From NCBI GenBank assembly GCA_023515725.1, contig JALDTO010000150.1, positions 1,797 through 65,796 of the forward strand: DNA of 64,000 nt, given 5' to 3'. This document shows positions 40,041 to 54,148 of the stretch, in pieces. Every line of letters starts with the position of its first letter. Position 1 is the stretch's first letter. A model generated the notes under the pieces. That model was not told the DNA's origin. It did no database searches and saw nothing but the letters and a program-made list of their open reading frames with translations. Made by a program: the position numbers and the translations under genes. Origin of the DNA: Amoeboaphelidium protococcarum X5 (taxonomy: Eukaryota; Fungi; Aphelidiomycota).

Positions 40041-41747
40041 ATGGACGTACTTCTTATAGTGCTAATTATACTGGGTGCTCTATTGGTGTTTGGTATAATC
40101 GTAGTCGTTGTAGCATACATCAGGTTGAACAGACAGCGCAGTCGAAACAATGTCCCAGCGTAGAAACAAGCGTAAAGATCACAACCTTATCTGCCGCAAT
40201 AGTAGTAGAAGTAAATTCAAGGTGGAAATTTCGTACCTGTTGCTGTGCAGTAAAATGTACGACAGTCGTAAGAAATCAGGAGCAATCCACAATAGATGCA
40301 GCAGCAGCGTCCTTCGATTCCACAGGTGCCGTAATTCATGCAAAGCAAATCGATGAGCACTCACTCTGTTATGAACGCGCCGACTGTGATTTTAAGCGCC
40401 TAGCTGGTTAAACCTTAGCCAACGGTAATGCAAGGTCAGTCACTTCCTAATAATATGCAATAAGCTGCTACTCAGTATGGATTTGGATAGCTGGTTTAGA
40501 GTATCAATCAGCAGCAGTATCAAGTTTAATCCCCAAGTGGCATTTAGCAGCCCGCAAGTAGAGATGATGCGACCAATTCAAGAGTTGGCAATGCCCACTC
40601 TGTGGATTCAACTACGCTTATTACTCAAGGTAAAACATTGGCTATGCCTGGTTTCCTATCCATGGTGGAAGGCACTGATTTCTCAGTCAATGAGCGATTT
40701 GCAGAGGGTGCCGGTGGGACTTTATACTTGGGGGAACTTCTGACGCGCTATGGCATAGATCGCGCCGAAGGAGAAACTTAATGTGTTGTAAAGCAAATCA
40801 AGCCTGAAGCTTTCGAGTCTCAGCAAGATTGCTAGTTGTCATTTCAACAAGAAGTCTCCATAATGTGGTTGGTGTATAAGTCTAAACATGTTGCCAAGAT
40901 TCGCGGATTCTGCATGAGTCCTTTATCCATTCTGATGAAGTATTATCGTTTTGGTACACTATATGATTTAATTCATCAGCGAAATAATCACGTACCTGAT
41001 GATAAATGGAGTCCACGCTTCGTTATGAGTCTCGCGCAGGATATTGCTGAAGGATTGGGAAATTTGCACGATGAAGGTGTCGTTCACTCGGATATCAAGC
41101 CGGCCAACATCTTCATAGACAAGGATGAGCAGGGATAGTTGCGAGCCATTATTGGTGATCTTGGTGTTGCTTCTATTATCGATTCGTCTTTGCTGAGAGT
41201 GAAAGCATACAAAGAATCGCGTATCAAAGGAGCCTCGCTGCCTTATGCTGCCCCAGAAGTTATAAAGACATTTGTTTAAAACACGCCGGAAGATGAAGCC
41301 AATCTGGCCAGTCCAGCAGTGGCCAAGGCTGGAGACGTATTCTCATTCGGTGTGGTCGCCTTCGAATGTCTGACCCGGAAATTTGCATGGCATGGAGTCT
41401 AGGAAGATATCGCTATGCTAGTTCTCGACAACAAACGTCCAAGATTTCCGCAATCTATACAACTGAGAAGACAGAGTGATTATTTGGTTGATGTGCTGTG
41501 TCAAGTCATCACGCGTTCCTGGTCACAGAATCATGCCAGTCGACCAACTTTCGCTGACATTCTGACCACGTTCTAACAATGCCTCGCCGCATTACCGTCG
41601 ATTTAGTAGTAGGTAAATTAAGCTGTAGTGTCATCCTAGTAGAATTTATATCTCAACAATAATGCAAGTAATGGTCAGCTTTATTCTCAAAGCGGCGTTG
41701 ATGAGAGTACTGTTGTTAGGTCGAACGGCGTGTAGTAGTAATTTTGA
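40041..41747 (+). CDS. Membrane-anchored non-RD protein kinase, no ectodomain, Gln-rich juxtamembrane region
   Basis: N-terminal TM; FAEGAGGTLY, CVVK, HSDIKPANIFI, DLG, YAAPE, GDVFSFG, RPTF. Confidence 0.88.
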
Positions 41748-41924
41748 AAGTTAAAAATAGACTTGCCTTAATTTGATAACTAAACAATGCCGTCTACCCA
41801 GATCCCTTAACTCCGCTTTTAATCAGTGATCTATATATTTTCGTCATCTTAAATTACGGTCTTCATTGTGACTTTCAACTCTATACAATTTGAAGAGGAA
41901 TTAAAAGTAATATCTTGCCGAGTG

Positions 41925-44900
41925 ATGGATGCATCAAGAAAAGGTAAGAAACTATAACACAATCTATAACATATCTGAAACTCTAGTCAATTGTAGTCTC
42001 AATGGATTCCAATTCAAGTTCGTCAAAGAAAGCAAGCAGAATTAGTGCTGATGCATTTGAAGCCTCTGCATTGACAAAGTTGATTTAGGATCTACATCAA
42101 GGCTAGCAGAGTGGAGAGTTGAAACGTACCACCAGTGTGAGGATGAATAGAAATACTTCTGCCGGATCATCAGTATCAGCATCTGGATAGTCCAATACAA
42201 ACAGTAGTAATTCTGCTCAAAATGGTTAATAAGCTACCGCGTAATCAGGAAATACTGCCCCTCAAGGATTAGCCCGCTCAGAGAGTATTCGAGTCGTTAA
42301 AATGACGCCGTCTAATAGCGCTGGATCACTCAAGCCTGATTTGAATGCGATTGCGGCATATCTGGCAGCTGGAGATGCACTGAATAGTGTTGGCGATTTG
42401 ACCAAGTAGTAATTGCAACTGAATCAACATCCTTCTCATTCATCTAATCTGAGTAAATCCGGAGGCTCATATACCAAAAGCGAATTATAGAGTGTTGATG
42501 AGTCTAAATAAGCTGATGAATCGACCATGCTTGCAGAAATAAGTAATATTGTGACATCGTAGAAAGTTATTGAAGAGAGAATTGTGGAGCCATCTGCCAA
42601 GTCGCCGGTAGCTGTTGAAGTTGTAACACAGGATGAGATGTCTAAAATTGAGCCACAATAGACTAATATGACTTTTGATGAGTTGAACGCGATTCATACC
42701 AAGCTCGCTGATGAGATAGAAGTTAAGAAGGCGGAGTTGAAAGCGTTGGAGGCTACAGAGAAAAAGGTTGATGACTTCTCCAGCTCGGTGCGCAACAAGA
42801 AGCGTGTGTCTATTGCTTCGTTTCTATCTATCGGCGGTAAGAAGTAGGCTGCAGGCGATAATGATGCTAATGGTTATACTAGCGCGTCTGGAACTTAAAC
42901 ATAAGCGGTTAACGAAAAGTAATAGGAGTAGAAGCATGAAAGTGATTAAGCTGGTGGTCTGAAGAGAAGTAAATCCTTATTCGCTCGCACTTTTGGCAAT
43001 GGAAATAAAGCTACCTCTTCAGCTAATGCGTAGTAGGCGCCATCTAATGCAGGAACCGATTCTTCTTAGACTGGTGGTAGTGGTGTCAAGATTATGAGAG
43101 GATTGAGTTTGCGTAAATCAAGACCTACGAGTCTGCTAGTACCAAATGGACAGTCTGCGGCTCATTAAAGAAATAAATCCATTTCTGATATTAACGAAAA
43201 TCTACCGTCCCCAATGGAAGAAGATGATGAGTAAAGTGTGAATGGAGCTAATAAATCATCTGGTGGTATTTTGAAGAAGATTTTGGGTGTAGGAGGTAGC
43301 AGCAGTAGTAAGAAGGATGATGGCCACAGATTTAAAATTGATCATTCCACTCATGACTCGTTTGCTCCTATTTATCATCCGCCCGCTAAAGTTGATAGTG
43401 AAAAAACTCAAGACTAAACTGAAGCTAAGGCTGCACCTTAGGCTGTTATTGCTTAGGTAGATGAAAGTGTACCGTTCTTGAATTTACCAGGGCCTCCACT
43501 ATCAGCTCCATCTTTGAATAACATTGCATAAGATAATTACACTCATCAGCCATAAGGTGAATAGTCTGAGAACCCTGCTGAAGATCTCTCTGTGGTATCA
43601 TCATCTAAGCTGGTTCGCAAATTGTCCAATTCTTCAAAGTCATCGCGCCGCAAGTTGTCTGGATCTGCTAATTTAGTTCTTGATAGTCAAGTTATACCTG
43701 AGAGCCTGGAGGAGGTGAATGCTAGTGAAGCTCATAAGAATAAAGAGTCCGTTAGTGCCAGCGGCAATGATTTGGAATAGTAGGTTGAAATTGTCGCTGC
43801 CTCTGTGAACATTTCAAATTCTGGTCTGAATGATGAAGAGTTAAAATCCACGTAAAGCACACGGAAAGATCAAGAAGTTTAGGCGAATGTTGTTATTGAC
43901 CAAGTATAGTAGTCTCTTGAGGCTGTTGCCAAGTCCAACTTGGTACGGGAGGAAAGTAAAGACGATGCATCAGATTTATTAGATACTTATGCATCTTTGA
44001 AGTCTAATCGTCATTCCACTGCTCAGCAGTTGTAATATCAAGTTGATGATTCTAAGATTGGTCAGATTGCTGAAAAGCGTAACGAATAGGCACCTGTAGA
44101 ATCCGATGCTCCTCCTCCTGCAATTGAAGAGAAGGCGAATGTGAATAATGGCCGATTGTTGATGAAAGACCTGTCTTTGATAGGGCATCAATTGGAGTCG
44201 GCTATAGCTATGGATAGTTCTGAGACTTCAAATTTAAAGTCACAGTTGGATGCAGAATTCTCAGCCGTAGGCGTCAAAGAGGAACCGGTAGTCCTGGTGA
44301 ATGGTGGAAATCAGGATTAGTAATTTAAAAGTCAGGCTATTCTTGAGAAGGGTCTCTCTGAAATATCAGCAGATTTACGGTTGGCTGCATCTGATTTGCC
44401 GGATCAGAAATTCACTGAAGAGCAAGAAGAATCTGTAAAGCCTGATAATGTCAGAACTTTGTAATCTCATGACTCGGACTCTGCAGGAGTTTTACAATAA
44501 CTAAGTAATCTAGTGAAGAGAAGTCAGGAGTTGACAGTCTCAAAATTTGGTGGTCAAGATGATGTCAATGCAGTGACAAGTGATGCATCTAAGACTTTGG
44601 AGTAAGATCAGGCAACTTATAGTGACCAGGATGATGAGAGTTTGGAAGATGCTGAACCGGTCTTAAATTCTGAAGAGGCCGATTTCTTGGCCAAAATAGG
44701 ATTTAAAGAGTTGACTGAAGTACTGGCAAAGTCTTCTTCCAGCACGGCGCTGAAGAGTAGCAATAGTCAAGTAATGATGGATAACAGTCAGCTGACGAGG
44801 AAAGTCAGCTCTCCTGTTGATCCGATTCCTGAAACTGCGGTACCTCTTCCAGCCGCTATAAGTAGCGCTGATGTATAAAAGGTGGACAGTCCTCCATAAT

Positions 44901-45571
44901 AGGCTGCAAATTCTATACAGACACCTCCATTAATCAAGAAGCCAAAGCCGTCGCTGGCTTAAATTAGACCATCTCTCAGTGGTTTACAGCCTGGCTTTAA
45001 GTCTGATTCAAAGACTAATTTAATACTTGAGAGTGGTAACGCGTCTACTCCATCTAGTTAACCTTAGAAAGATACTATTCCAGCACCTGTGCAGGCGCTA
45101 TTGCCGAAGCCTGATATGAACGATTTCATCAAGAATATCCAGGGCATTGGGAGAAGTAACAGTGTTTTACAGAGGTTTCGACCTGAGGCTGTGCAAAGCG
45201 CGAGTACTGAACAAGGTGATAATGCGACTATGCAAGATCAAGGCCTAAACGACAGGAGAAAGTCAAAGGGTATCAATGATGTGGCTAGAGCAAAGATTGT
45301 ATCCAAGTTTAGTGCCATGTTTGAACAGAAAATGTCTCCACAGTAAGAATAGCCGACAGAAAGTGAATCTTATGCTCTGGGTAGATCAAAGACCATGTCG
45401 ATGCGTGGGTAAAAGACAGCGGTGGTACCTAGACAAGAAGCTGTCAATGTGCAGATTCCGAATAGTGACACTCAATAACAACAAACTGGCTAGAAAGACG
45501 CGTCTCAGTAGCCCAAGATCGTCCTCAAACCAAAGCCATCATTGAGCCTGTTGAGGAAGAATGTTTAGTGA
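41925..45571 (+). CDS. Large low-complexity (S/Q/E-rich) hypothetical protein with a short coiled coil; intron 41944-41996
   Basis: ~1190 codons free of TGA in one frame; coiled coil FDELNAIHTKLADEIEVKKAELKALE. Confidence 0.7.
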
Positions 45572-45869
45572 TTCAGGTGACGGAATATAGGAGTTATTGA
45601 GATGATGCGACAGAAGTAAAAAGTGCGTTTGATTTTAATACCACGCTTAATTCCTTACCAATGTCAGCCACTCTTCTGGTGCAATCAATTTGCTTCAGTA
45701 TTTTCCCCACGACTCGCGCTCGATTGTTATCGCGGTGGAGTTCGAAACATTCAACTCAATTACTCAAGACCGGGGTGCGGGGTTGAGGTGACGTAATACA
45801 TTTGAAATAATAATCCACTTCCCCACATTTCATTTTTCATTACTGATAACAATTACACGTTGACGTATT

Positions 45870-47633
45870 ATGAGTGTTTATTTTGGTTGGCTTCTTGGTA
45901 TATATTGCTACGCCCTTTGCGCTACCCAAGTGAGCGGTTATTACTATGACGCGTCTGGTTAACTGACGTTTCATCATGCTGTTCAGTCTCACTCTTAGCG
46001 TTCCCTTTATATAGTAAAGTCTCGTGATCGCCCTGAAGATTTAAGTTATGGTATATTGAAGAGTTTGGCTACAGAGGTTGGGTTTAACACGCATCTATTG
46101 GGTGAGAAGTTTGCAATCAGAGGTCTCAGTTTATAGCCGGAAGATGTTGTCATTGCTGTGGGTTCATCGTCAGAACTGATTCAACGTCAGTTGGCTTCTA
46201 CTAGCTAATCAGTGCTGTTATCGCGGTTCCTATCTCTTGCCTACCCAATTACTCACCTACTGCCGTACCCCTCTATTGCTATTGCCCCCATGATTGATGC
46301 CACATCGCGATCTCTGTTTAGTTTTGCCATCTAGGATTAACTGCTGTCATAATATGAAAATGTCGATCATTTTCTGGTGTCCAATACTAGTTACAGCGAT
46401 TTGTTTAGCGGAGGTAATCTGAAATTGATCTCTGCAATCAAACGTGTATTGCAACCTTAGTATGATTCCAATGATGATCGGGATAGTATGCAAGTCCTTC
46501 GCGCCATTCAGAAGCAGTTGAAGAGAGAATCGCATGTTGCACTAAGTCCTTCATGTCATAAATATAACGATAAAGATCCGAAATCTGTGGATAAGAATGT
46601 AGATTGCTTCGTCGGTTCAGAGTTTATGGCTTATATTCAGTTGCAAAGTGCAATTGGTCATCTGACGCCAGATTTGAATAGATCATTGAGTCCCATAGTG
46701 CACAATAAATCTGGTAGATTTCTAGGCTATGAATACCGCGGCGCTCTTAAAGATCATCCACTTGATGTTTCGGTGTCGTTGCGTGAGGAGCAACATTATG
46801 CATGGGTCCACTTTCCGCTTCATGTGCCTGTTGTCAGAAAACTGAGTGCTTCTTCTATAGAGGCTGAGTCTGTATCTGAAGCTATTTACGAGTCTCCAGC
46901 TTTCTATCAAAGTAACAAGTACATGTCTAATGGTGTCCAATGGCCTCTGAAGCCTATTACTGCTATTGAATCTAAAGGCAAGTTGGGATCCAGAGAACTT
47001 TACATGAAGCCACTAAACCACTCTAATCAATCTTATCTCGATTTAATGCGTAACGTTGGATTACCTTTTGAGCATCTGGACTATTCACAATCGTTTGAAG
47101 AGTTGTTTGACTGTGCATAAGCTCTCAGGGAAGAGTCAGTCTGGCTTCAGTAGCCTGTATCTGGTCTCTCTGGTGACAAGAAGGGGTTTTGCGCAAGATT
47201 AAACTTGATTGCAATCAAAGAAGCATTTAAACTACTGGAATTTGATGGCGCACGATATCACAAGATATCCATTGGAAAATAGCAGACTGCCATTGCGATT
47301 GAACCAATCTTTAAAAGCGTCACGTAGAATCAGGCACTGTCTAAATTATAACAAAAGATTTTGAATGGAGATCTCATGTTGGCGGTGAGTTATGACCTGG
47401 ACACACTGTGGAACATTGGTCCGCTGTGGATCTGGAGATAGTTGTCGGTGCGTGAGACTTCTTGGCCTAAAGGTAGTAGTCATAGTAATGGACGCGGTCG
47501 ATTGCTGAAAATCATCCAGTCGCCAGTGATGATGAGTCCAGTGAATTTCTTCATCAAAGACGCGGCTGGAATTCATTATTGTAAAGTATTGCATCCGTCC
47601 AGAGTCATTGAGTGGCTCTTGTATGATCAGTGA
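45870..47633 (+). CDS. Uncharacterised, probably secreted protein (587 aa)
   Basis: N-terminal hydrophobic signal; ORF-track fragments 46488 and 47442 lie in the same frame; C-terminus GIHYCKVLHPSRVIEWLLYDQ. Confidence 0.7.
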
Positions 47634-47858
47634 GTATCATCTGGCGTTTTATTACTGTGTAAAGTTTGAAATTTTGAGAATATTCAAATTGTTATGAAAT
47701 GCATATTGTGATTTTACTTTTCCACCCTTTAAATTAGAGATAATCTTCACGCCATATTACTGATTCTACTGTCAATGCATAGCCTACTAACAGCAGCAAA
47801 GCGAACAATATACACTGAATCAATAAACGCGTCCAGCATTGAATTGTAAGAGCCTGTT

Positions 47859-48262
47859 TCAGCGACGCATTTGTCTCTTCTAAATCACAACTGAGGACAT
47901 TATGAGAACGATCCACATTAACAACTACAATTATATCATAAATCTCAATTATATATTAAAATGCACTACTAATTATTTACGTATATAATGGTGAAATTAG
48001 GATGATAATCTGAGTTGAAGTTGTTACTAATGGAGCAAGATTTAAACAATTCAACAGTTGATCCATTCGATACACCATCAGTACCTGGAACTTATTCTAT
48101 GCATTATTACCGATAGCCAGTGTCTTTGCAAGGTGAGCTGTCAATCTACACTTAAAAGAAGTGGCAATACACACATACGTTATAAAAGTAAAATAAAAAA
48201 GTTACCTCAGCTTCAGGACATTGTTCGCACTTTGTGCAATTATAGTAGCCAGTAGCAGTCAT
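47859..48262 (-). CDS. JTB-like small Cys-rich membrane protein; two introns
   Basis: CTKCEQCPEAE|IDSSPCKDTGYRQQC...FKSC, TM FTIIY|LLMWIVLIMSSVVI, then QKRQMRR; both introns are GT...TGTAG and keep the frame. Confidence 0.6.
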
Positions 48263-48467
48263 ACGCAAAACGAGGAAAAGCTTTGGAATTCAATTAGAAA
48301 CGGAAATAAAATTTACTGTATTCACACCGGAGACTACTGTATTAAGAGAAAAGAACTATGAAACAGTTTCAAGCAAAGGCAGTGGTTGGTTCTAAAACAA
48401 AGTCCGTCTCACAGTTTCGCGTTTGAGGAGAGATCAGGCAAGGCGCCGTATTTGTTGAATGTTTGAG

Positions 48468-48471
<4 letters not shown>

Positions 48472-48498
<27 letters not shown>

Positions 48499-48527
48499 GC
48501 TCTCGCTCTCGCCCTCGCCCTCGCTCT
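48472..48527. repeat. (CT)n plus (CTCGCY)n simple repeat in the divergent JTB-like/CARMIL intergenic region
   Basis: tctctctctctc...gctctcgctctcgccctcgccctcgctctc. Confidence 0.8.
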
Positions 48528-48683
48528 CAGAGCTTCTCTTTCTTCTTTCCTTTGGGTGAAACGGCTCCATTTGATTGATCGTATTGTTTTGCTTCTTCTA
48601 TCCAACTTCATTATTGTTTAGACTTTTTGAATCAACATTTAAAGATATCTCCTTGATAGAGTTTGTATATCACATCAAATTGA

Positions 48684-51600
48684 ATGAGTCAACAAGTGTT
48701 TAGAAATTGTGAAGTGCTGGTTGGTAATGCCAAGACTGCAGAGTAGTGTGATGTTGTTTTGGACAAGCAGTTTCGAGTTGTTGTGCAGAAAGCTAATGGT
48801 GGCAAGCAGTTGATAGAGTTCAACTTGAGAAACTTGAAAGCTCTCATCAGCAAGTAGAATATCGAAGTTGTACTTTAATCGTTTTAGAAGAATCAGAATG
48901 TGATGACTATTTAACACAAGTCTGATATTGAGCAGATTATCATTGCCATTGTTGACTGTGTAAAGTGTACGTTTCCTGTGCGGCAGGTGAAGATTAGAAG
49001 TGATATCCATGCCTCCGTGAGTAGTATGGAAGGCTTGCACACAAAGACGGAGTAGATGGATCTTATTGTAGCCGTCCCTTGGAAAGAATTGAACTTTAGA
49101 AGTAGTGTGGGCACTCGGTAGTTGATCGCCGGGGGAATGATGAACACTTACGTTGCCTGCTGTCATCATTTGAATGTGCCTGTGAGTCAAGAGGCGCTAT
49201 GGCTCATCAAGTCTCAGTCTGGTGATTGCTGTCTCGATTTGAAATTGTTTGCTGATTTTGATAATAAGTAGATTTTGGCTATTCTGGATGCTCTGGTGTT
49301 TAACGGTTACTATAGTCGGCTAGTGTTGACTGATATCAAATTCAATAGTCCCGATATGGCACATGCTTTGATTCATTTACTCAAGTGGAATCAGGGATTG
49401 GAAGAGATTGTGTTTGGTGGTAGTAATTAGTTTCCTAAAGAGTTTCTGCACCAACTGTCTGAGGCCATGAAGAATTGTATGCATTTGCAGAGTGTACATC
49501 TGGATGATAATTCGATTGATGAAAAGTATACGGCTCTGCTAGGTTCAGATTTACACCAATTGTAGAGAGGAGCCAAGGGACTGTCTTTGGCCAATTGTCA
49601 GCTGAGTAAGAAAGGCACCGTCTCATTTCTATCCAACTTTACCAAGTCTAGTAGTGGTGGATCTAACGCAGTTTCTCTCACTGATAGTCTTCAGTATTTG
49701 AATTTGAGTGGAAACTCATTAGGATCTGATGGCGTGTTTGCTCTAAATGAATTGCTTCAAGTGCCTAATCAGCTGTCATTTCTCAACTTGACCAACTGTG
49801 GCATTCCGAATTTGGAGATTTTATTCGCAGCTCTAATGCGCGGATGCACGTTTAGCCTCAAGGAGCTACATCTGCAGGGCAATAGATTTAATAATGGTCA
49901 GGATTGCGTTCCATTTGAATCGTTCTTGAAGAGCTCGCAGTCACTCTAGGTGATAAATATGAGTGAAACTAAGCTGAGTTCTGGGTAGTTGAAGTAATTA
50001 TATAATGCTTTGAATGAGAATATCTCGCTTCTGAATGTGCAATTATCTCTGAGAAATAATGACTTGGGAAAGAAGGACATTTCTTATATTGGGCAGATAT
50101 TACCTCAGTTGATTACGGTGAGTGCTGTGGATTTTAGCGAGAATGATGTAAGTGATGATGTTGCGGCAATTGATTTAATTGAGGGACTGGCTCGCAATAT
50201 GAAGTTGAAGGTGATCAAATTGGACAAGTGTTTCCAGAAATTGTCCAAGTCGAAGAGTGCTAGTAATGTCCGACTGTAATTGCTATTCCAAATGTAGAAT
50301 GTTGTTGAACTATCGCTGAATGATAATGTTCTTGGTAAGTTTTTATCTCACTCGATGGAAAGTGTGAAGATTACTGGAGCTGATGGCAGTAAATTGCAAA
50401 AGTTGCACTTGGTTAACAATTCTCTTGGAGATGATGGTTCATCTTCTCTGTGTTAGTTGATTTCCCAATTGCAGCAGTTGTTGTTTTTGGATTGTAGTCA
50501 GAATGGCATTAGTTTTGTCGGATGGCACTTTGTTGCTAGAGCTGCCGCTCTGAATAAGTCTCTGCGCGAAATTGTTTTACCTTTTGGTGAGATGCAATCG
50601 TTTTATAAATCTGATAAGGTGAAAGCCGAGAGATTGTTCGCAGAGCTGTAGTAAAGCTGTGCTTAGAAGAGTAGCGGGTTCAATGGTGCTACCAGTGCCT
50701 ATAACCATTGGTGGACATCTGGCGATAAAGCTGTGGTATCTGGCGTAATTAGTAAATGTTAGCATAAGATCGATGCCTTATCAAAGTATGGTGGACTGCC
50801 GTAAATGGTTGTCGAATAGGTGTCCCAGAGTAAGAAGCTGTGCTCAGAGTTAGATAGCCTGGAATCTGTCATCAGCGTGGTGAATTAGCAATTTGAATCT
50901 GTTTTCAAGGCTGATCAAGATGAGACCAAGGGAGTGTTGACGTAAAGTACTCGCCCTCTGATGGACGTGTAGCAGAGAAATATGAGTGAACTGCTGCTGT
51001 ACGTTGCCCGCCAGGCTGACGATAAACTTCCGCTAATATTAACCAAGTTTGCGAATGATTAGAAGAAGTTCACCAGTCATGTTATGGAATCGTTATAGTC
51101 GCATATTAATTACAACGCCATTAGCAGTAGTTTGGAGAAGGGTGCAGCGGTAAAATTGAATTCTCAATTTGAACTTTCCGCCATGCAGGCTATTGGTCAG
51201 TTTAAGCAGTTGGTTATTGACTCTTACCTGCCAGTGATTGAGTAGTTAAGTGATTAACTGACGAGTGTATTAGATGCAAAGATTTCTGAGGCTAAAGGAA
51301 GAAAGTCTGTACTATCGAATACTCCGCAATCTGCACCAGCTAAAGTTGACTCTTCTGCCGTGATTGATATTTAATCACTAAAGGAGACTGCATCACTGGC
51401 TTCAACTTCGCCTGCATTAACTCATGTCGCTAAAGATCGCGTCAATTTGAAGAATAAGCGCAAGCCTGGTGCCGCTCCATCACGCGCCCTAAGAGACAGT
51501 GTGGCCTCTGATGTCGTTAGTGTTTCTACCGACGCCCCTGCTATTGCTGTTGAAAATGATAAGCATGAGGAAGTGAAAGAGGATCCTGTTGTAGTTGAAA

Positions 51601-53845
51601 AGGCTCTTCCAGCTGTTACTGAATCATAAGTGCATGAAGAGGAATCAGTGAAAACCGAAGTGTAGCCTGCTATAGAGGTCGAGTCTCCTGTTTAACAAGA
51701 GTAATATAAGAAGAATACTCGTGAAGTTGTTAGTGAACCCCCTCAGCCGGAGAAGCAAGCAAATCAGCAGCCTGAGCCGTAATTTGAACAATCTGCTGAT
51801 AATGTAGTCAGACAAAGTCTTGCACCAACACTTACTAATTAACGTGATAGTGTAAGTGTTTCCAAGAGTTTTTAGCAAGACGCTTTTATGTCTGATAGTC
51901 ATCTAGAGTCTCCTAATGCAACTCTTGTTGCTGAATAGACACAATCAATGAATTAAAATGATCACCAGGCTGTATAGGAGCAGGTGGAGCCTGCGTTTAA
52001 TGTCTAAGAAGCAAAGGTGAGTTAAATTGATGCAGATCAGGTTCGTTCAGTGGAGAATGTTGAGCAGTTACCTGCTGTAGGTGGATATTCTTCAAACGAA
52101 GTTTAGTAGGATGATGCCACTGACGCCAGTGAAGCTGTAGTCTAGAAAGCTTCTGTTGTTCCGCCGAGTAATGCTGTGGAAGAAGTTAAGAGCAAGGTGG
52201 AGAGAGAGCCTGCGATAAACTAACGTGCTTTCAAGACGTCGTTAGGTAATCTTCTTGGCCAACCACCAAAACCTCGACCGCAAGTGCAAAATGAGTCAGG
52301 TGATGAAACCGAGTCGATTAATGCAGACGCTAAAATGCAGTAGCCACTACAGCCACCAGAAGTACCTCCTAATGAATCTAAACCGGTGCCCGCTCCCAAG
52401 CCGGAAACTTAGGTGGAGTAAGTCAGAGAAGCTGATGTCAGTAAGGAAAAGGCGAGAAAGAGTTCTGGTGGTGCCAAGAAGTTTTTTGGCCTTTTTAAGA
52501 GTGGAAGCAGTTCTGATAACAAGGCGGAGGTTAAGAAGTAGGCGTCAGAAGTTAGCATCCAGTAGTAGAGTGTTGAACCTCGTCAAGTAGAGACTTAACC
52601 CCCAGCAACTCCTCGCAAGCCGGAATCAACTTCAGTTTAAGAATAGCAATAGTCTCCTTAAATTCCATCGCGTGCTTAAGTTTATGAGGTTGTGCCGGTG
52701 TAGAAGGAGGAGAAACCGAAAGAAGTTGCGGTAGAAGTATAATAGCCAGCGTAAGTAGAAGCACAGGCACCTGCCCCGGCTCCTAAAGCTCAAAAATTTG
52801 GCGTCAGATTACCGTTTGCTGGTGGAGATTTAGGTGCAATCGGTCAGGTAAAGTTGAAATCCTTCAGCGGTGGTTAACCAAAGACTGATAGTAAGGAGGA
52901 TTTGCGCGCCAATACATCTACTCCTGACAGTACGGTGGCAGCGCCTGATGTTCCATCCAAGTTTTTGAAACCTGGCACCCCATAAATGTAAGACCCCGTC
53001 CCGTAGAAGTAGCAATTGCCGTAATAATAGCCTTAGAGTCAAGTTTCTCAAGACTAGCCACCAGCTATTACTCAGTCAAAGCCTAAAATGCCAGCCGCTG
53101 GGTTTCCTGCGGCTCAGAGTTCATCTTAGGCAGCGCCTGCAGTCACTGCGCCTAAGCCGGGCGTTAAGATCACACCTAAAGATATGCCGTCTTCAGTTGA
53201 TTCTGGATCAAAGAAGTCTGATGGGAGTGCTTCTGCTGAATCACATGTAGCATCTTCCTAATCTAGTCCAGTAGTACCACAAATTCCTCAAAAGCAAGCT
53301 GTTGCAACTCCACCTAGCGCCGCCTCCACCTCGTAATCTGGTGCAGATAGTATCAAAACTATGCTCACAGACTCTGATTAAGGAAAGACTGAGTTTTTCA
53401 GTTGGATGAATGGTAAGTGTTAGCAGCAGTCTATAACAATGTCTTAGAAGTACGATAATTTGGATGATTATTTCAAAGATGGTTGCTCCATGTTGGAATT
53501 TATTGAGGTAAGTCTGATATAATTTTGCACGGTTTCATTAGAATTATATTTGAACTGTAGAAATTATCAAAGCAAAGCGTTGGAAATTATAAAAAGAATC
53601 CCAAGTTGATCCCTCACAAGATTGACAATATGAATATCCTGATCAGTTTTATGAAGGATAAGCTGGATCTCCCTCAGACTCAGAGTATTCTTGCAGAAGG
53701 TAACGTTAGTTTATCTGATCAATAATTTAATCTCAAATTGCGCTTATATTCTCGAAATTTGTGCGTTGTTTATGTAGAGCTTGTAAATGCTGAGCATAAG
53801 AAGGTGTTGCTATTCATGAGCATATTGAGCAAGAAGTATCCATGA
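48684..53845 (+). CDS. CARMIL-family LRR protein (PH-like region, linker, LRRs, CPI motif, Pro-rich region, WH2-like motif) with C-terminal calponin-homology domain; introns ~53508-53560 and ~53700-53777
   Basis: Linker GMMNTYVACCHHLNVPV; RI-like LRRs (LQYLNLSGNSLG); CPI-like LTHVAKDRVNLKNKRKP; WH2-like LGAIGQVKLKS; CH-like FFSWMN...LDDYFKDGCSMLEFIEKLS...KIDNMNILISFM. Confidence 0.8.
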
Positions 53846-54148
53846 TGATTTTACTTCGAGTACTGGCTATATTCGGGATGAATGATTTATCCTTCAAACA
53901 CTACCACTTTGGGTCGATTAAATCGCGTAATAGTTGATAAGAATTTAGTGAATTTTAATATATTCTATGATGATTATGATGATGTTTGCTGTTAAATGAT
54001 GGTCTATTAATAGCGTTTTTACATCAAATCTAATGACAATGGCAGCTTTTTAATTATCTTAAAGCCTTTTTTGAAATAAAATATTAATTGCTTTGTGAAC
54101 CCTTTGTATTATAAGAGCAAAATAGTTTCATAAAAAGATTGACTTAAT

